Below, in pieces: positions 18,694 to 27,973 of a DNA stretch of 32,000 nucleotides (position 1 is its first letter; each line of letters begins with the position of its first letter). The position numbers and the translations under genes were made by a program. The stretch is taken from positions 600,001 through 632,000 of the forward strand of contig JAIZWK010000001.1 of NCBI GenBank assembly GCA_021498095.1. The letters are read 5' to 3'. The notes beneath the pieces are model-generated. The model ran no database searches. It saw only the letters and a list, made by a program, of their open reading frames with translations, and was not told the origin of the DNA. The stretch comes from Candidatus Harpocratesius repetitus (lineage in GTDB: Archaea > Asgardarchaeota > Lokiarchaeia > Sigyniarchaeales > Promethearchaeaceae).

Positions 18694-19278
18694 ATGGTCA
18701 AATCCGGATATAGTTATGTTTCACAAACTTTTAAACAACATGAAGAATCTTATCAATCCGAATATTGGAAACGAATGATAAAACTTCGACGAGGGCCCAC
18801 TACTATACGCTTAGAACATCCAACTAATGTTGCTCGTGCTCGCTCATTGGGATATCGTGCCAAACAAGGTTATGTGGTAGCTGTCACCAAAGTGCGTCGT
18901 GGGACCTTACACAAAATTCGGCCAAAAATGGGTCGTAAACCCGCGAATTTAGGAGTTCGTCGAATTACACCTAAAAAATCCTTAAAATGGATAGCAGAAG
19001 AGAGAACTGCAAAAAAATTTACAAACTTAGAAGTTCTAAACTCCTATAAAATTGGATCTGATGGAAGAAGCCACTTCTTTGAAGTCATTTTGGTTGATCC
19101 TAATCATCCAGTAATTAAAAATGATCCTAAAATTAATTGGATTGGTCAATCTAACAATCATTCTCGTGTTTATCGAGGTTTAACTTCAGCAGGAAAGAAA
19201 TCCCGAGGATTACATCGTAAAGGGAAAGGAACAGAAAAAATCCGACCATCTCTTAGAGCAAATCGGAATCTACACTAA
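18694..19278 (+). CDS. rpl15e: 50S ribosomal protein L15e
   Basis: RLEHPTNVARARSLGYRAKQG, AEERTAKKFTNLEVLNSY, FEVILVDPNHP, RGLTSAGKKSRGL. Confidence 0.97.
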   Translation: MVKSGYSYVSQTFKQHEESYQSEYWKRMIKLRRGPTTIRLEHPTNVARARSLGYRAKQGYVVAVTKVRRGTLHKIRPKMGRKPANLGVRRITPKKSLKWIAEERTAKKFTNLEVLNSYKIGSDGRSHFFEVILVDPNHPVIKNDPKINWIGQSNNHSRVYRGLTSAGKKSRGLHRKGKGTEKIRPSLRANRNLH

Positions 19279-19330
19279 TTTCTTATCTCTTTTATTCCCT
19301 TGTTTCTTTTATTTTTCTTTTTTCTTCTTT
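19279..19330 (+). terminator. Pyrimidine-rich tract after rpl15e
   Basis: Run of T/C tracts directly after the stop codon. Confidence 0.4.
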
Positions 19331-19386
19331 CCACGATATAAATTGACAAAATAAGGTTAATCTATCATAGGTGGGTAATTCTTTAA

Positions 19387-19893
19387 ATGACGGAATCATT
19401 AGATAATAAAAAATCTCAAAATCAACCCAATTTCAAAATCCGATTGATAGAAATAAAAACTTTCATCCATGCTACTGAATCTTTAGAGAAAATTATGTCT
19501 ATATTTCAAGATAACTTTGAAAAAACAGATATTCAAACTAATATTGAGATAGATCACTGTCAAGGGACTCACGGACAAAAAATATCTCCTTTAGTTATTC
19601 AATTTTCAACTCAAAAATTAATAAAACAATTTCTATTCTTTCTAAAAGAAAAAATGACAGATCAGAGCAAACACCAGTTGAATTATGAAGTAGATCGGCG
19701 TTTGGATCCAAAATTTAAGTTATTTTTACGATTTGATAAACAACAAGCGATTATGGGTCAATTTTCTTTAGTAAATCATTCTGATGTATTTCAGATCATT
19801 ATATTTTTTTATAATAAAAATCCAAAAGTTCCTATTAATTCCCAATATATTAAAACATATTTACGAGAAAATGGAATAATTCTTGATGTGTAA
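19387..19893 (+). CDS. Predicted RNA-binding protein (DUF54-like) of the exosome/RNase P gene cluster
   Basis: FIHATES.EK, GTHGQKI, LFLRFDKQ.A..G; conserved position between rpl15e and rpp30. Confidence 0.85.
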   Translation: MTESLDNKKSQNQPNFKIRLIEIKTFIHATESLEKIMSIFQDNFEKTDIQTNIEIDHCQGTHGQKISPLVIQFSTQKLIKQFLFFLKEKMTDQSKHQLNYEVDRRLDPKFKLFLRFDKQQAIMGQFSLVNHSDVFQIIIFFYNKNPKVPINSQYIKTYLRENGIILDV

Positions 19894-19913
19894 AAAAAAA
19901 ATGATGTGCAACT

Positions 19914-20699
19914 ATGTTTCTAAATAGTTTTATCCCATGGAACCCTGATGTCTCGGAATTTCGAAAAAACTTACAATTTCTATATCATTGTGGTTATCAA
20001 GGAGCTTTTGTGAATGTTTCTGACTCAAAACAATATAAAGAATTTATTAATTCTGAATTTTTTCCAAAAAAACTCCCTGAAATATCATTTCCCATTGAAG
20101 TATCAAGTCTTAATGTCTACAAAAAAGATGATTCACCAATAGTATTATTTCCTCGGATTACTTTAGAACCACCTAATACTCAAGCATTAAAACAGGAATT
20201 GAATCAGTGGGTTTCAAGACGATGTGTAATTGGCGTTCAGTCGAATAGTAAAGAAATACTTGAAGTCGCAGCTCGTGACGGAAGAGTTGATATGATTACT
20301 CTGCCCTCTCTTCTTTATTTAAAGGATCTATCGAAAGGAATTTTATCATTATTAAAACAAAATGGAATATATTTGGATATTCATTATAACGAACTTATCA
20401 CCAGTTACGGGAGCAAACGTACGCGAATTTTGCGTAATTTATATAAGTTATTTAAGCAAGCAAAACCTTTTTCCTATAAATATATTATTGGAACAGGACA
20501 ACATCCTTCTAAAAAGCAAGTTGAATTCTTAAGAGGTCCTCGAGAAATCGGGGCAATTCTCATCTCATTATTGGATTTACCAGAAAAACATGTAAAATCG
20601 ATACTAAGGGAGAATATTGAAGCTTTAGCATTGATATTTGTAAAAAGAGATCAACATGTATTTATTCAACCAGGAGTGGAAATTATAAATAAAAAATGA
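19914..20699 (+). CDS. rnp3: RNase P protein subunit Rpp30
   Basis: PHP-like pattern, AARDGRVDMI, LRGPREI; position before pop5. Confidence 0.85.
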   Translation: MFLNSFIPWNPDVSEFRKNLQFLYHCGYQGAFVNVSDSKQYKEFINSEFFPKKLPEISFPIEVSSLNVYKKDDSPIVLFPRITLEPPNTQALKQELNQWVSRRCVIGVQSNSKEILEVAARDGRVDMITLPSLLYLKDLSKGILSLLKQNGIYLDIHYNELITSYGSKRTRILRNLYKLFKQAKPFSYKYIIGTGQHPSKKQVEFLRGPREIGAILISLLDLPEKHVKSILRENIEALALIFVKRDQHVFIQPGVEIINKK

Positions 20700-20719
20700 A
20701 TCATTCTGGAGAAAACTAA

Positions 20720-21085
20720 ATGAAATACATAAGACAAAGATACGTTTTATTTGAAATACTTAGTCCATCTGAATTTGAAAAAGTTCATATTTCTCCCGAT
20801 CAAATTATTCGTGAATTGTGGAATCAAGTTCAAAATTTATACGGACAGAAAGGGACATTTAAAGCAGGGCTTTGGATGATAAGATGGGATCCTGAGCATC
20901 GTATTGGAATTATTCGCTGTGATAATGTATCAAAATGGGAACTTATCGCAAGTATGGCATTTATTTCAAAAATTAACCGAATCCCTGTTATATTTCATTC
21001 TCGTAAAACTTCAGGAACAATTAAGAAAACATTGAAAATTTGGCGCGAAATATTTAAAAGTATTCCACCCCCGCGTGATAAATAA
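20720..21085 (+). CDS. rnp2: RNase P protein subunit Pop5
   Basis: RQRYVLFEI, LYG..G, GIIRC, TSGTIKK. Confidence 0.92.
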   Translation: MKYIRQRYVLFEILSPSEFEKVHISPDQIIRELWNQVQNLYGQKGTFKAGLWMIRWDPEHRIGIIRCDNVSKWELIASMAFISKINRIPVIFHSRKTSGTIKKTLKIWREIFKSIPPPRDK

Positions 21086-21157
21086 TTGATATGTAGAGTT
21101 TTCATCATTTTGTCACTTGATCACAAAATGCTAAGAAAAATATAACTAAGAATCGAT

Positions 21158-21628
21158 ATGATTAATATGAAACGGGATCGATACCCCACTAATTCACCTA
21201 ATACTCCAATCACAAATGGTTTTTTAATTTCAATTTCTGAATATTATAGTTTATTACGATCATCTGAATTACCCCGTTTATATGATGAATTCTCCTCAAT
21301 TCTTTGCGTTTATGCCATTTATCCCCGTCTTTCGCGTATTACTTGTTATCCTGGTAATTTTTCTGCAGTTTATAAAATTTATCTAGAGTTTCAAGAAGAT
21401 GGTCTTCTTGATTATCAAGTACATTCTCAGCAAATCAGTTCCTATAATGTAATTCATACGACGGGATTAAGTAAGCATAATTCGCATTACTCAGTTGAAT
21501 ATTATGTGGAAGGCTCAGAAGAACAAGAGAAATGGGATAAATTTAAAGATATAATTGATCTCATTAATTTAAGTCGAACAACTTTGCGATGCAGTGGAGA
21601 ATTTATACGTTTTCAAGATCATTCATAG
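21158..21628 (+). CDS. Hypothetical protein
   Basis: 156-aa ORF co-oriented with the cluster; no family recognised. Confidence 0.65.
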   Translation: MINMKRDRYPTNSPNTPITNGFLISISEYYSLLRSSELPRLYDEFSSILCVYAIYPRLSRITCYPGNFSAVYKIYLEFQEDGLLDYQVHSQQISSYNVIHTTGLSKHNSHYSVEYYVEGSEEQEKWDKFKDIIDLINLSRTTLRCSGEFIRFQDHS

Positions 21629-21695
21629 AATGGTTAAATTTTTTTTTTATCATACATAAATATCATTAGAACGATTCAAATTTTGGTTTAATATT

Positions 21696-21992
21696 ATGCA
21701 TCCTGCTGACTATTCTGATGGAACTTCATTTGATACACACTATGATATTGAAGAATTACGAAGTTATAAATATATTTTGGGTGAATTTGGTGTTCAAATG
21801 CTCTTGGCTGTCGCTAGAGGAGCAGAAAATAAAAATTCAATTCAAATGCTTTCTGGAGTTCCTCATGCATGCATTGCTGGAAGGATGCCTGTGCTTCTTA
21901 ATTTAAAATTATTAAAACAAGAAGGAGAAGATCTCTTTAAATTAACCTCTAGAGGGCATGATTTTTTAAAATGTATTAAAGAATGTTTTTAA
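21696..21992 (+). CDS. Small winged-helix protein
   Basis: MLLAVARG...I..LSGVP...L.LKLL......FKLTSRG..FL pattern. Confidence 0.65.
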   Translation: MHPADYSDGTSFDTHYDIEELRSYKYILGEFGVQMLLAVARGAENKNSIQMLSGVPHACIAGRMPVLLNLKLLKQEGEDLFKLTSRGHDFLKCIKECF

Positions 21993-22066
21993 GGATATAG
22001 TAATTTGTAATTAAGTGAACTATTCAATTAATTTAATTTTCATTATTTTTAATTTATAATTTTTTC

Positions 22067-22129
22067 AGGCAATGATGATCCTATGACAAATGAGCGAACG
22101 CAATGACATTGTCGCCCCACGCTGAGCCT
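22067..22129 (+). ncRNA. Box C/D sRNA
   Basis: Terminal stem AGGC/GCCT; C box ATGATGA 22072-22078; D' ATGA 22090-22093; GCG-AA-CGC hairpin; C' AATGACA 22102-22108; D box CTGA 22122-22125; T-run after; GC-rich island in an AT-rich spacer. Confidence 0.8.
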
Positions 22130-22192
22130 TTTTATCTTGACGTCATTTTGACGTTATTACTTTTTTTATTAATCGAATTAATATTCATTTCC

Positions 22193-22699
22193 TTAGATTT
22201 TAATAAAAGAGATATTTTCCATGATTTTTTGAAGTTTCTTTTCAAGGAAATTAACACGATCTTGTAACTGAAAAATCTGATAAATCAAAGATTGATACGA
22301 AGATTTTCCAAATACATGCATATCTAATATTAAAATAACATAACTATTAAGTGAAAGATGTCCTTTTTTTTCTATCAACGAATTTTTTATTGATTTATCT
22401 ATCCAAATTACCTTTTCTATGTTTTTTTTTAAATTTAGTCGTTTGGTTTGTTCAGATTGTGTAGATCGCTCGGAGGCTGATATTTCTTTAGAAATTTGTT
22501 CAATTTCATTAGATTTTTCTTTTGGATACAAGGGAGTTTCACCAGGAGCAGGAAGGTTTTTAAGGGCTTCTCTTACCCACTGACTAAAATTTGTGAAGAA
22601 TGATGAATTAATTTTGCTATCCTTTAATATTTCTTCCCATAATTTATATTTTCTAAGGGGAATATAGAGTTTTAATCGAACCATAATTGATGAAGACAA
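22193..22699 (-). CDS. Putative double ribbon-helix-helix protein with C-terminal coiled coil
   Basis: VRLKLYIP..KYKLWEEI...FSQWVREAL and KVIWID..IK..L......SLNSYVILIL; ending LQDRVNFLEKKL. Confidence 0.6.
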   Translation of the reverse strand: MSSSIMVRLKLYIPLRKYKLWEEILKDSKINSSFFTNFSQWVREALKNLPAPGETPLYPKEKSNEIEQISKEISASERSTQSEQTKRLNLKKNIEKVIWIDKSIKNSLIEKKGHLSLNSYVILILDMHVFGKSSYQSLIYQIFQLQDRVNFLEKKLQKIMENISFIKI

Positions 22700-22851
22700 A
22701 ATTGACTCACCTTTAATGTAAAATGTTTATTATGAATAATGAAATTACCTATTCTGATCCTATTATGGGATCATCAAAAAATAAATCTTTTTTTATCATA
22801 TCTGAAATAATCTCGTAACGCTTATTTATAGAAAAAATAGGTCGAATTGAG

Positions 22852-24048
22852 ATGGATGAGAAAAATATAATAGAAAAAGTTGCAGAGCAATCAGAAATGA
22901 CTATTGGTGATAGCATAGCTCCTCCTCAAACTTCTGAAAAGAGAGAAATTCGCGTTGCTATTGCAGGATTAGGGAATTGTGCAGCAGCCTTAGTTATGGG
23001 GACTGAATACTATAAGAACATCAGTCCTGCGGATTCATATATAAAAGGATTGATGAATCCAAGCATTGGTGGTTATCTTTATCGAGATATTAAAATTGTT
23101 GCCGCATTTGAAATTAATTCATTAAAAATTGGTAAAGATGTTGCTGATGCAATATATGAACCACCAAATGTTGTCCAACCGATTGTTCCCCATGAAGAAA
23201 TGCCTAAATTAGGGGTTATTGTCCAACCTGGACCAATATTAGACGGATGCGCTTCTCATATGGTTGAAAGTTTTTATCGCTATGATCCAAATAAGATTCA
23301 ACCTTGTAATGTTGCTCAAGTGTTGAGAGATGTAAAAGCAGATATTTTGGTTAATTTTCTTCCTGTTGGATCGTACCACGCTTCCCGTGCTTATGCTCAA
23401 GCAGCTTTAGATGCTGGATGTGGTTTTATAAATGCAATTCCTGAATTTATTGTAAGTGAGCATGTTGAAGGAGATAAAGATTGGGTAGCTGAATTTGAAA
23501 AAGCAGGACTACCTTGTGCGGGAGATGATATTAAAAGTCAAGTCGGTGCTACGATCTCTCATCGAGTATTAACAAAATTGTTTTTAGATAGGGGAGTAAT
23601 TGTAAAAAATACTTATCAGCTAAATATTGGGGGAAATACTGACTTTGAAAATATGAAAATGGAAAGTCGTCTAACAACAAAGCGTAAATCTAAAACCAGT
23701 GCAGTAACAAGTGTTCTCCCTTATGACATTGATTGTAGAATTGGGCCATCTGACTATGTCCCCTTTTTACGGGATAAAAAAATATGCTACATACGAATTG
23801 AAGGAGAAACATTTGGCGGCCTTCCCTTAATTGCTGATATGAAACTTCGTGTTGAAGATTCACCAAACAGTGCGGGTGTTGTTTGTGATATTATTCGAGT
23901 CATGAAGCTAGCTCTCGATCGAAAAATTTCTGGTCGTCTCGAATCAATAAGCTCCTTTTCATTCAAACATCCACATATTCAACCACCATCTGACGTCATT
24001 GCTAAACAATGGGTTAAAGAATTTATTGAAGGTAAACGTGATCGATAA
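22852..24048 (+). CDS. ino1: myo-Inositol-1-phosphate synthase
   Basis: IAGLGNCA, VNFLPVGS, GDDIKSQVGAT, QLNIGGNTDF, EDSPNSAG. Confidence 0.95.
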   Translation: MDEKNIIEKVAEQSEMTIGDSIAPPQTSEKREIRVAIAGLGNCAAALVMGTEYYKNISPADSYIKGLMNPSIGGYLYRDIKIVAAFEINSLKIGKDVADAIYEPPNVVQPIVPHEEMPKLGVIVQPGPILDGCASHMVESFYRYDPNKIQPCNVAQVLRDVKADILVNFLPVGSYHASRAYAQAALDAGCGFINAIPEFIVSEHVEGDKDWVAEFEKAGLPCAGDDIKSQVGATISHRVLTKLFLDRGVIVKNTYQLNIGGNTDFENMKMESRLTTKRKSKTSAVTSVLPYDIDCRIGPSDYVPFLRDKKICYIRIEGETFGGLPLIADMKLRVEDSPNSAGVVCDIIRVMKLALDRKISGRLESISSFSFKHPHIQPPSDVIAKQWVKEFIEGKRDR

Positions 24049-24216
24049 AATATCTTCAAATTAATCTCAAAAGAAGAAAAGTACTATTTTTTTTTTCATT
24101 ATATTTTATGGCTTTTATTTTATCCATTACTATTACAATATTCTAGGGAATATTTATTTAAGCGGTCTCGAAATTAGAATTATATAGGAAAAAAAATAAA
24201 GATATGAGCCATTATT

Positions 24217-25389
24217 ATGCAAGCATCAGTCGCCATTAGCTATTTCCATCGTAAAATTGGACCAATTGTATTCTATGCCTTTCCAGAGGAAATTCTAACT
24301 GAAGAGGATAAGAGTCGATTAGCAGAGTTCATGGATCAAATTTATGAAGAGGGCTTCTTCACCCATAAATTTGGAAATCTTGCCTCAATGAACTACTATT
24401 TCGAAATTGAAAGTGAATGGGCTCGTGGAAACAAAGAAATGTTGATGGTTTCTTTTGTGATAGATAAGATTCCCACGGAATTAGAAGAAGCAATTTTTAA
24501 AGAATTTACACAAGAATTTGCTGAAAAAATGAAAAAGAAAAGCAATCTCTTTAAAGCATTCTATAATTTAGATGATTCTCAAGTTTCTGAAGATGATTAT
24601 CCTGAAATTAAGGAATATAATTCAGATATTCGGTTTTGGTTAAAGGAATTATACTGGTTAGGGATTGATGAATTAAGGGAACGAACTGAGGAAGAAAGAT
24701 GGTCTTCTGTTATGAGTAAAGCAGAGATTTTCAAAGTAATAAAGAAACTTTCAAAAGGACCGTTAGCACTTGAAGATTTACAAAAATGGTTTAATGTTGT
24801 CTTTCCTAACTATTCTTTAGAAAAAATAATAAATGAACTCGAGGAACAGAAATTTATTTTTGTAAATTCTATTGGGCAAGATACATACGTTTTATTGGTC
24901 AAAGAAGTCTCTATAATGCGCGTTCCACCCAATTGCGTAATCGATTTAGAAGAAGACTCGCCTGAAATGGCTGATCTTACTGAAATTTACATTAATGAAG
25001 TAAGAGATTTTTTTGAAACTTATTCTCCGAATTCAATGGATTCATTAGAATTATTTAACATCTTTGATGATCCGAAGAAATATATCATTATTACTCAATT
25101 GAGAAATGGACCACTTCCTAAAGAGAAAATTCTTTCGCTATACTCTGAGAGCTCATCCAAATTAATGCTTCAGAATTTAGAATTTCTTAAAGAAAAGAAC
25201 ATTATTCAAGATTTCTCTTATGCAGGAGAACATCTCTTTCTTTTAAAAACAGATATCATTTTAACTGCGAGCTTTCCCAAATATTTGAAACAGTTATTAC
25301 CTAAAGAAACTAAAGGGTATGTGGCACGAGCATACTCATACCGTAGTATTTCGCCAGATTTCGATAGTTCTTCCAAAGAAAGTCTGTAA
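24217..25389 (+). CDS. Longin/uDENN-like domain plus tandem winged-helix protein (NPRL2-like architecture)
   Basis: N-terminal ISYFHRKIGPIVFYAFP; two similar C-terminal units (KLSKGPL..L...EEQKFI and QLRNGPL..L...KEKNII). Confidence 0.65.
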   Translation: MQASVAISYFHRKIGPIVFYAFPEEILTEEDKSRLAEFMDQIYEEGFFTHKFGNLASMNYYFEIESEWARGNKEMLMVSFVIDKIPTELEEAIFKEFTQEFAEKMKKKSNLFKAFYNLDDSQVSEDDYPEIKEYNSDIRFWLKELYWLGIDELRERTEEERWSSVMSKAEIFKVIKKLSKGPLALEDLQKWFNVVFPNYSLEKIINELEEQKFIFVNSIGQDTYVLLVKEVSIMRVPPNCVIDLEEDSPEMADLTEIYINEVRDFFETYSPNSMDSLELFNIFDDPKKYIIITQLRNGPLPKEKILSLYSESSSKLMLQNLEFLKEKNIIQDFSYAGEHLFLLKTDIILTASFPKYLKQLLPKETKGYVARAYSYRSISPDFDSSSKESL

Positions 25390-25547
25390 TAATTTCCTTT
25401 CTCTTATTCATAGCTGAGAGAGAATATAAATAAAATAAATCTTATTAATGATTTAGCAATCAAGTGTGATCAATTTTTTCTTAAAAATAAGTATGATTCT
25501 TATATAACGCAATTTTATCTCCATTGTAAATAATAAAGGTGTAAAAA

Positions 25548-26270
25548 TTGATTAAATGCGTGGCATTTGATTTGGATGATACTCTCTTCAATGGGACTTT
25601 ATTAGTGGAAAAAGCCAGAAATGCTTCAGTCCAAATGATGATTAACTATGGACTTCCAGTTCCAGAAGATTATGCTACGCAGATGTTGAATGAAATTGTT
25701 CTTGAATTTGGTAGTAATAGCGAATTTCATCTCGATAATTTGCTTATTAGATTGCAAAACGATCCAAAAATTCAATTAAGTCCGAATTTTAATATAAATA
25801 AATTTGTTGCTGCAGGAGTTATGGGTTACCATCGTGAAAAAGTTAAGCATTTTCATCTATTTAAAGATGTGGCTAAAACTTTACAAAAATTACGTGAAAA
25901 AAATATAAGAACAGCAATAATTACTGATGGTTCTCCCAAAAAACAGTATGAAAAGATTTTGCGTTTAAAACTTGAAAATCTAGTCGATGAAATTGTTATT
26001 TCTGATGAAGTAGCTGTTCGTAAACCACATCCTTTACTATTTAAGTTATTTTTAAATAAGTTCCATTTACAACCCAACGAAGTTATTTATATTGGTGATC
26101 GGATTGATAAAGATATAACACCAGCTAAAAAAGTTGGAATAATTACAGTTCTCATTCATCGTGGTACAAAATATGATCCAAATATCACGAAAGAGAAATT
26201 TTCAGTAAAACCAGATTTCCACTTAAACAATTTATATGATCTCTTCTCTATAATCGAAAAATATATTTAA
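25548..26270 (+). CDS. HAD-superfamily hydrolase (archaeal subfamily IA)
   Basis: FDLDDTL, ITDG, KPHP, IGDRIDKDI..AKKVG; TTG start after SD GGTG. Confidence 0.92.
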   Translation: MIKCVAFDLDDTLFNGTLLVEKARNASVQMMINYGLPVPEDYATQMLNEIVLEFGSNSEFHLDNLLIRLQNDPKIQLSPNFNINKFVAAGVMGYHREKVKHFHLFKDVAKTLQKLREKNIRTAIITDGSPKKQYEKILRLKLENLVDEIVISDEVAVRKPHPLLFKLFLNKFHLQPNEVIYIGDRIDKDITPAKKVGIITVLIHRGTKYDPNITKEKFSVKPDFHLNNLYDLFSIIEKYI

Positions 26271-26313
26271 AATTGATTTTTTTTAAAGTATTAACAAATA
26301 AAGGTAGAAAACA

Positions 26314-26634
26314 ATGAGAAAACCTTCAAATAAAAGTCGAGCTGGTGGTGCACCGATTCGTAATGGTAAAATCAAAGCATCACATATTTTGGTGAAGAAA
26401 TTGAGTTTAGCTCAACAAATTCGAGATGAATTAGATGCAGGGGCAGATTTTGCTGAAATGGCTAGAAAATATAGTGAATGCCCCAGCAAAAAAAAGGGAG
26501 GAAATTTAGGAGAATTTCCAAAGGGTAAAATGGTCGATGCTTTTTGGAATGCGTGTACACGTCTGCAGATAAATCAAATTTCTGAACCAGTAAAGACCCA
26601 ATTTGGTTATCACATAATCAAACGGACGAAATGA
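26314..26634 (+). CDS. ppiC: Parvulin-type peptidyl-prolyl isomerase
   Basis: ASHILV, FAEMARKYSECPS, GGNLGEF, VKTQFGYHII. Confidence 0.93.
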   Translation: MRKPSNKSRAGGAPIRNGKIKASHILVKKLSLAQQIRDELDAGADFAEMARKYSECPSKKKGGNLGEFPKGKMVDAFWNACTRLQINQISEPVKTQFGYHIIKRTK

Positions 26635-26891
26635 GAAGAATAGAAAAACACCAAATTTGGAAAATTTCTAAAAATATTAAAAAAAATTGGAATATTTCCA
26701 AAAAATAATGTCTAAAAATTGGAAAAAATACAAATAAATAAATCTGCGGATATTTTTTTTACAACTTTTAAATATTCATTCTGAATTCATACATATAGGG
26801 TTCATAAAAATTTGCCAATTTTTTATTAACATTGTTTTCAATTTGTTCTTCGAATAGAATTTGAAAGTAACTCTGGAAGGAACCGAAAACC

Positions 26892-27830
26892 ATGAATGAC
26901 ACTACAAACTTCAAATCTTCATATAATTCATCTTCTTTGATAGGAGATATTTCACAATGCCCCGAATGTAATTCTTATAATATAATCGTTGATCAAGCTC
27001 GTGGAGAAAACGTCTGTGCTACATGTGGTTTGGTTTTATCTCATCACATCATAGACAATGCAAGAGAAGGTCGTCGAGCATTTTCACAAATTGAAAAAAG
27101 TAAACGAGATCAAACTGGAAGTCCTGTTTCATCCCTACTGCCAGATCTTGGATTATCTACTGTAATCGATACAAGTTCTCAATTATCTCATCGTATGAAG
27201 CGGATTATTAAATGGAACACGCGAATGAGCTGGAGCAACCGTAATATGCTTATTGCTGCCACTGAAATTAAACGTATCGGAGGGCTCTTAAACTTACCAC
27301 TTAGGGTAAAAGAATATGCTGCAAAAATCTACCGTCGAGCTTTTAAGTTAAAACTTTTACGGGGTCGCTCGATTAAAGCTATGGTGGCAGCATGTCTTTA
27401 TTATGCCTGTCGATCCGAGCGAATTCCACGAACTCTTCAGGAAATCTTGAAATTTTCTGACAGTAACCCACGTGATGTGCGAAGAGCATACCGTACCATT
27501 ATACGTGAGCTAAAATTATCAGTACCTGCTTTAGATCCTATTTTATTGGTTCCGAAATATATTACATCTTTACAATTAAACAATGATGTTGAAAAAACCA
27601 CCATAAAAATAATTAATCATTATCGTAAACGCTACAATGTTGCAGGCAGAGATCCAAAAGGAATACTAGCCGCAGCAATTTATGTCGCTAGTTTATATCA
27701 CCAACAGCCGCGATCTCAGAGTAGAATTGCCAAAACTGTAAAAGTAACTGAAGTAACTTTGCGCAGCCGTTTTAAAGAGATCAATCGATTTGTAAAAATT
27801 CCCGCTGTTCCTACTCTTCCTGCACGATAA
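26892..27830 (+). CDS. tfb: Transcription initiation factor IIB (TFB), divergent paralogue
   Basis: Zn ribbon CPEC..CATC; two cyclin folds (GRSIKAMVAACLY, GRDPKGILAAAIY); VTEVTLRSRFKE. Confidence 0.93.
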   Translation: MNDTTNFKSSYNSSSLIGDISQCPECNSYNIIVDQARGENVCATCGLVLSHHIIDNAREGRRAFSQIEKSKRDQTGSPVSSLLPDLGLSTVIDTSSQLSHRMKRIIKWNTRMSWSNRNMLIAATEIKRIGGLLNLPLRVKEYAAKIYRRAFKLKLLRGRSIKAMVAACLYYACRSERIPRTLQEILKFSDSNPRDVRRAYRTIIRELKLSVPALDPILLVPKYITSLQLNNDVEKTTIKIINHYRKRYNVAGRDPKGILAAAIYVASLYHQQPRSQSRIAKTVKVTEVTLRSRFKEINRFVKIPAVPTLPAR

Positions 27831-27973
27831 AAATTATTTCTTTTTCTATACTTTTTTTACTTCTTTTTAAAAAGTTAAAAGAAATCCTTTGAAATATCAA
27901 AAAATTAGATGTAATTATAAGAAATTGAAAAAATTTACGTTTACAATTTTACTTTATCAATATCTTGAAAAGA

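Noticed and set aside
22067-22129. Eukaryote-like SECIS element (AUGA...AA...GA), known from Lokiarchaeota
   Set aside because: Upstream co-oriented genes end in TAA/TAG with no in-frame TGA; full C/D boxes plus rRNA complementarity explain the element better
22137-22156. TGACGTCA palindrome and TTGACGT direct repeat
   Set aside because: Short, located between two gene 3' ends, and the same word also occurs inside ino1 coding sequence
19914-26634. Selenocysteine read-through at the TGA stops of rnp3 and ppiC
   Set aside because: Both proteins are complete at the TGA, and the position is not a catalytic Cys equivalent
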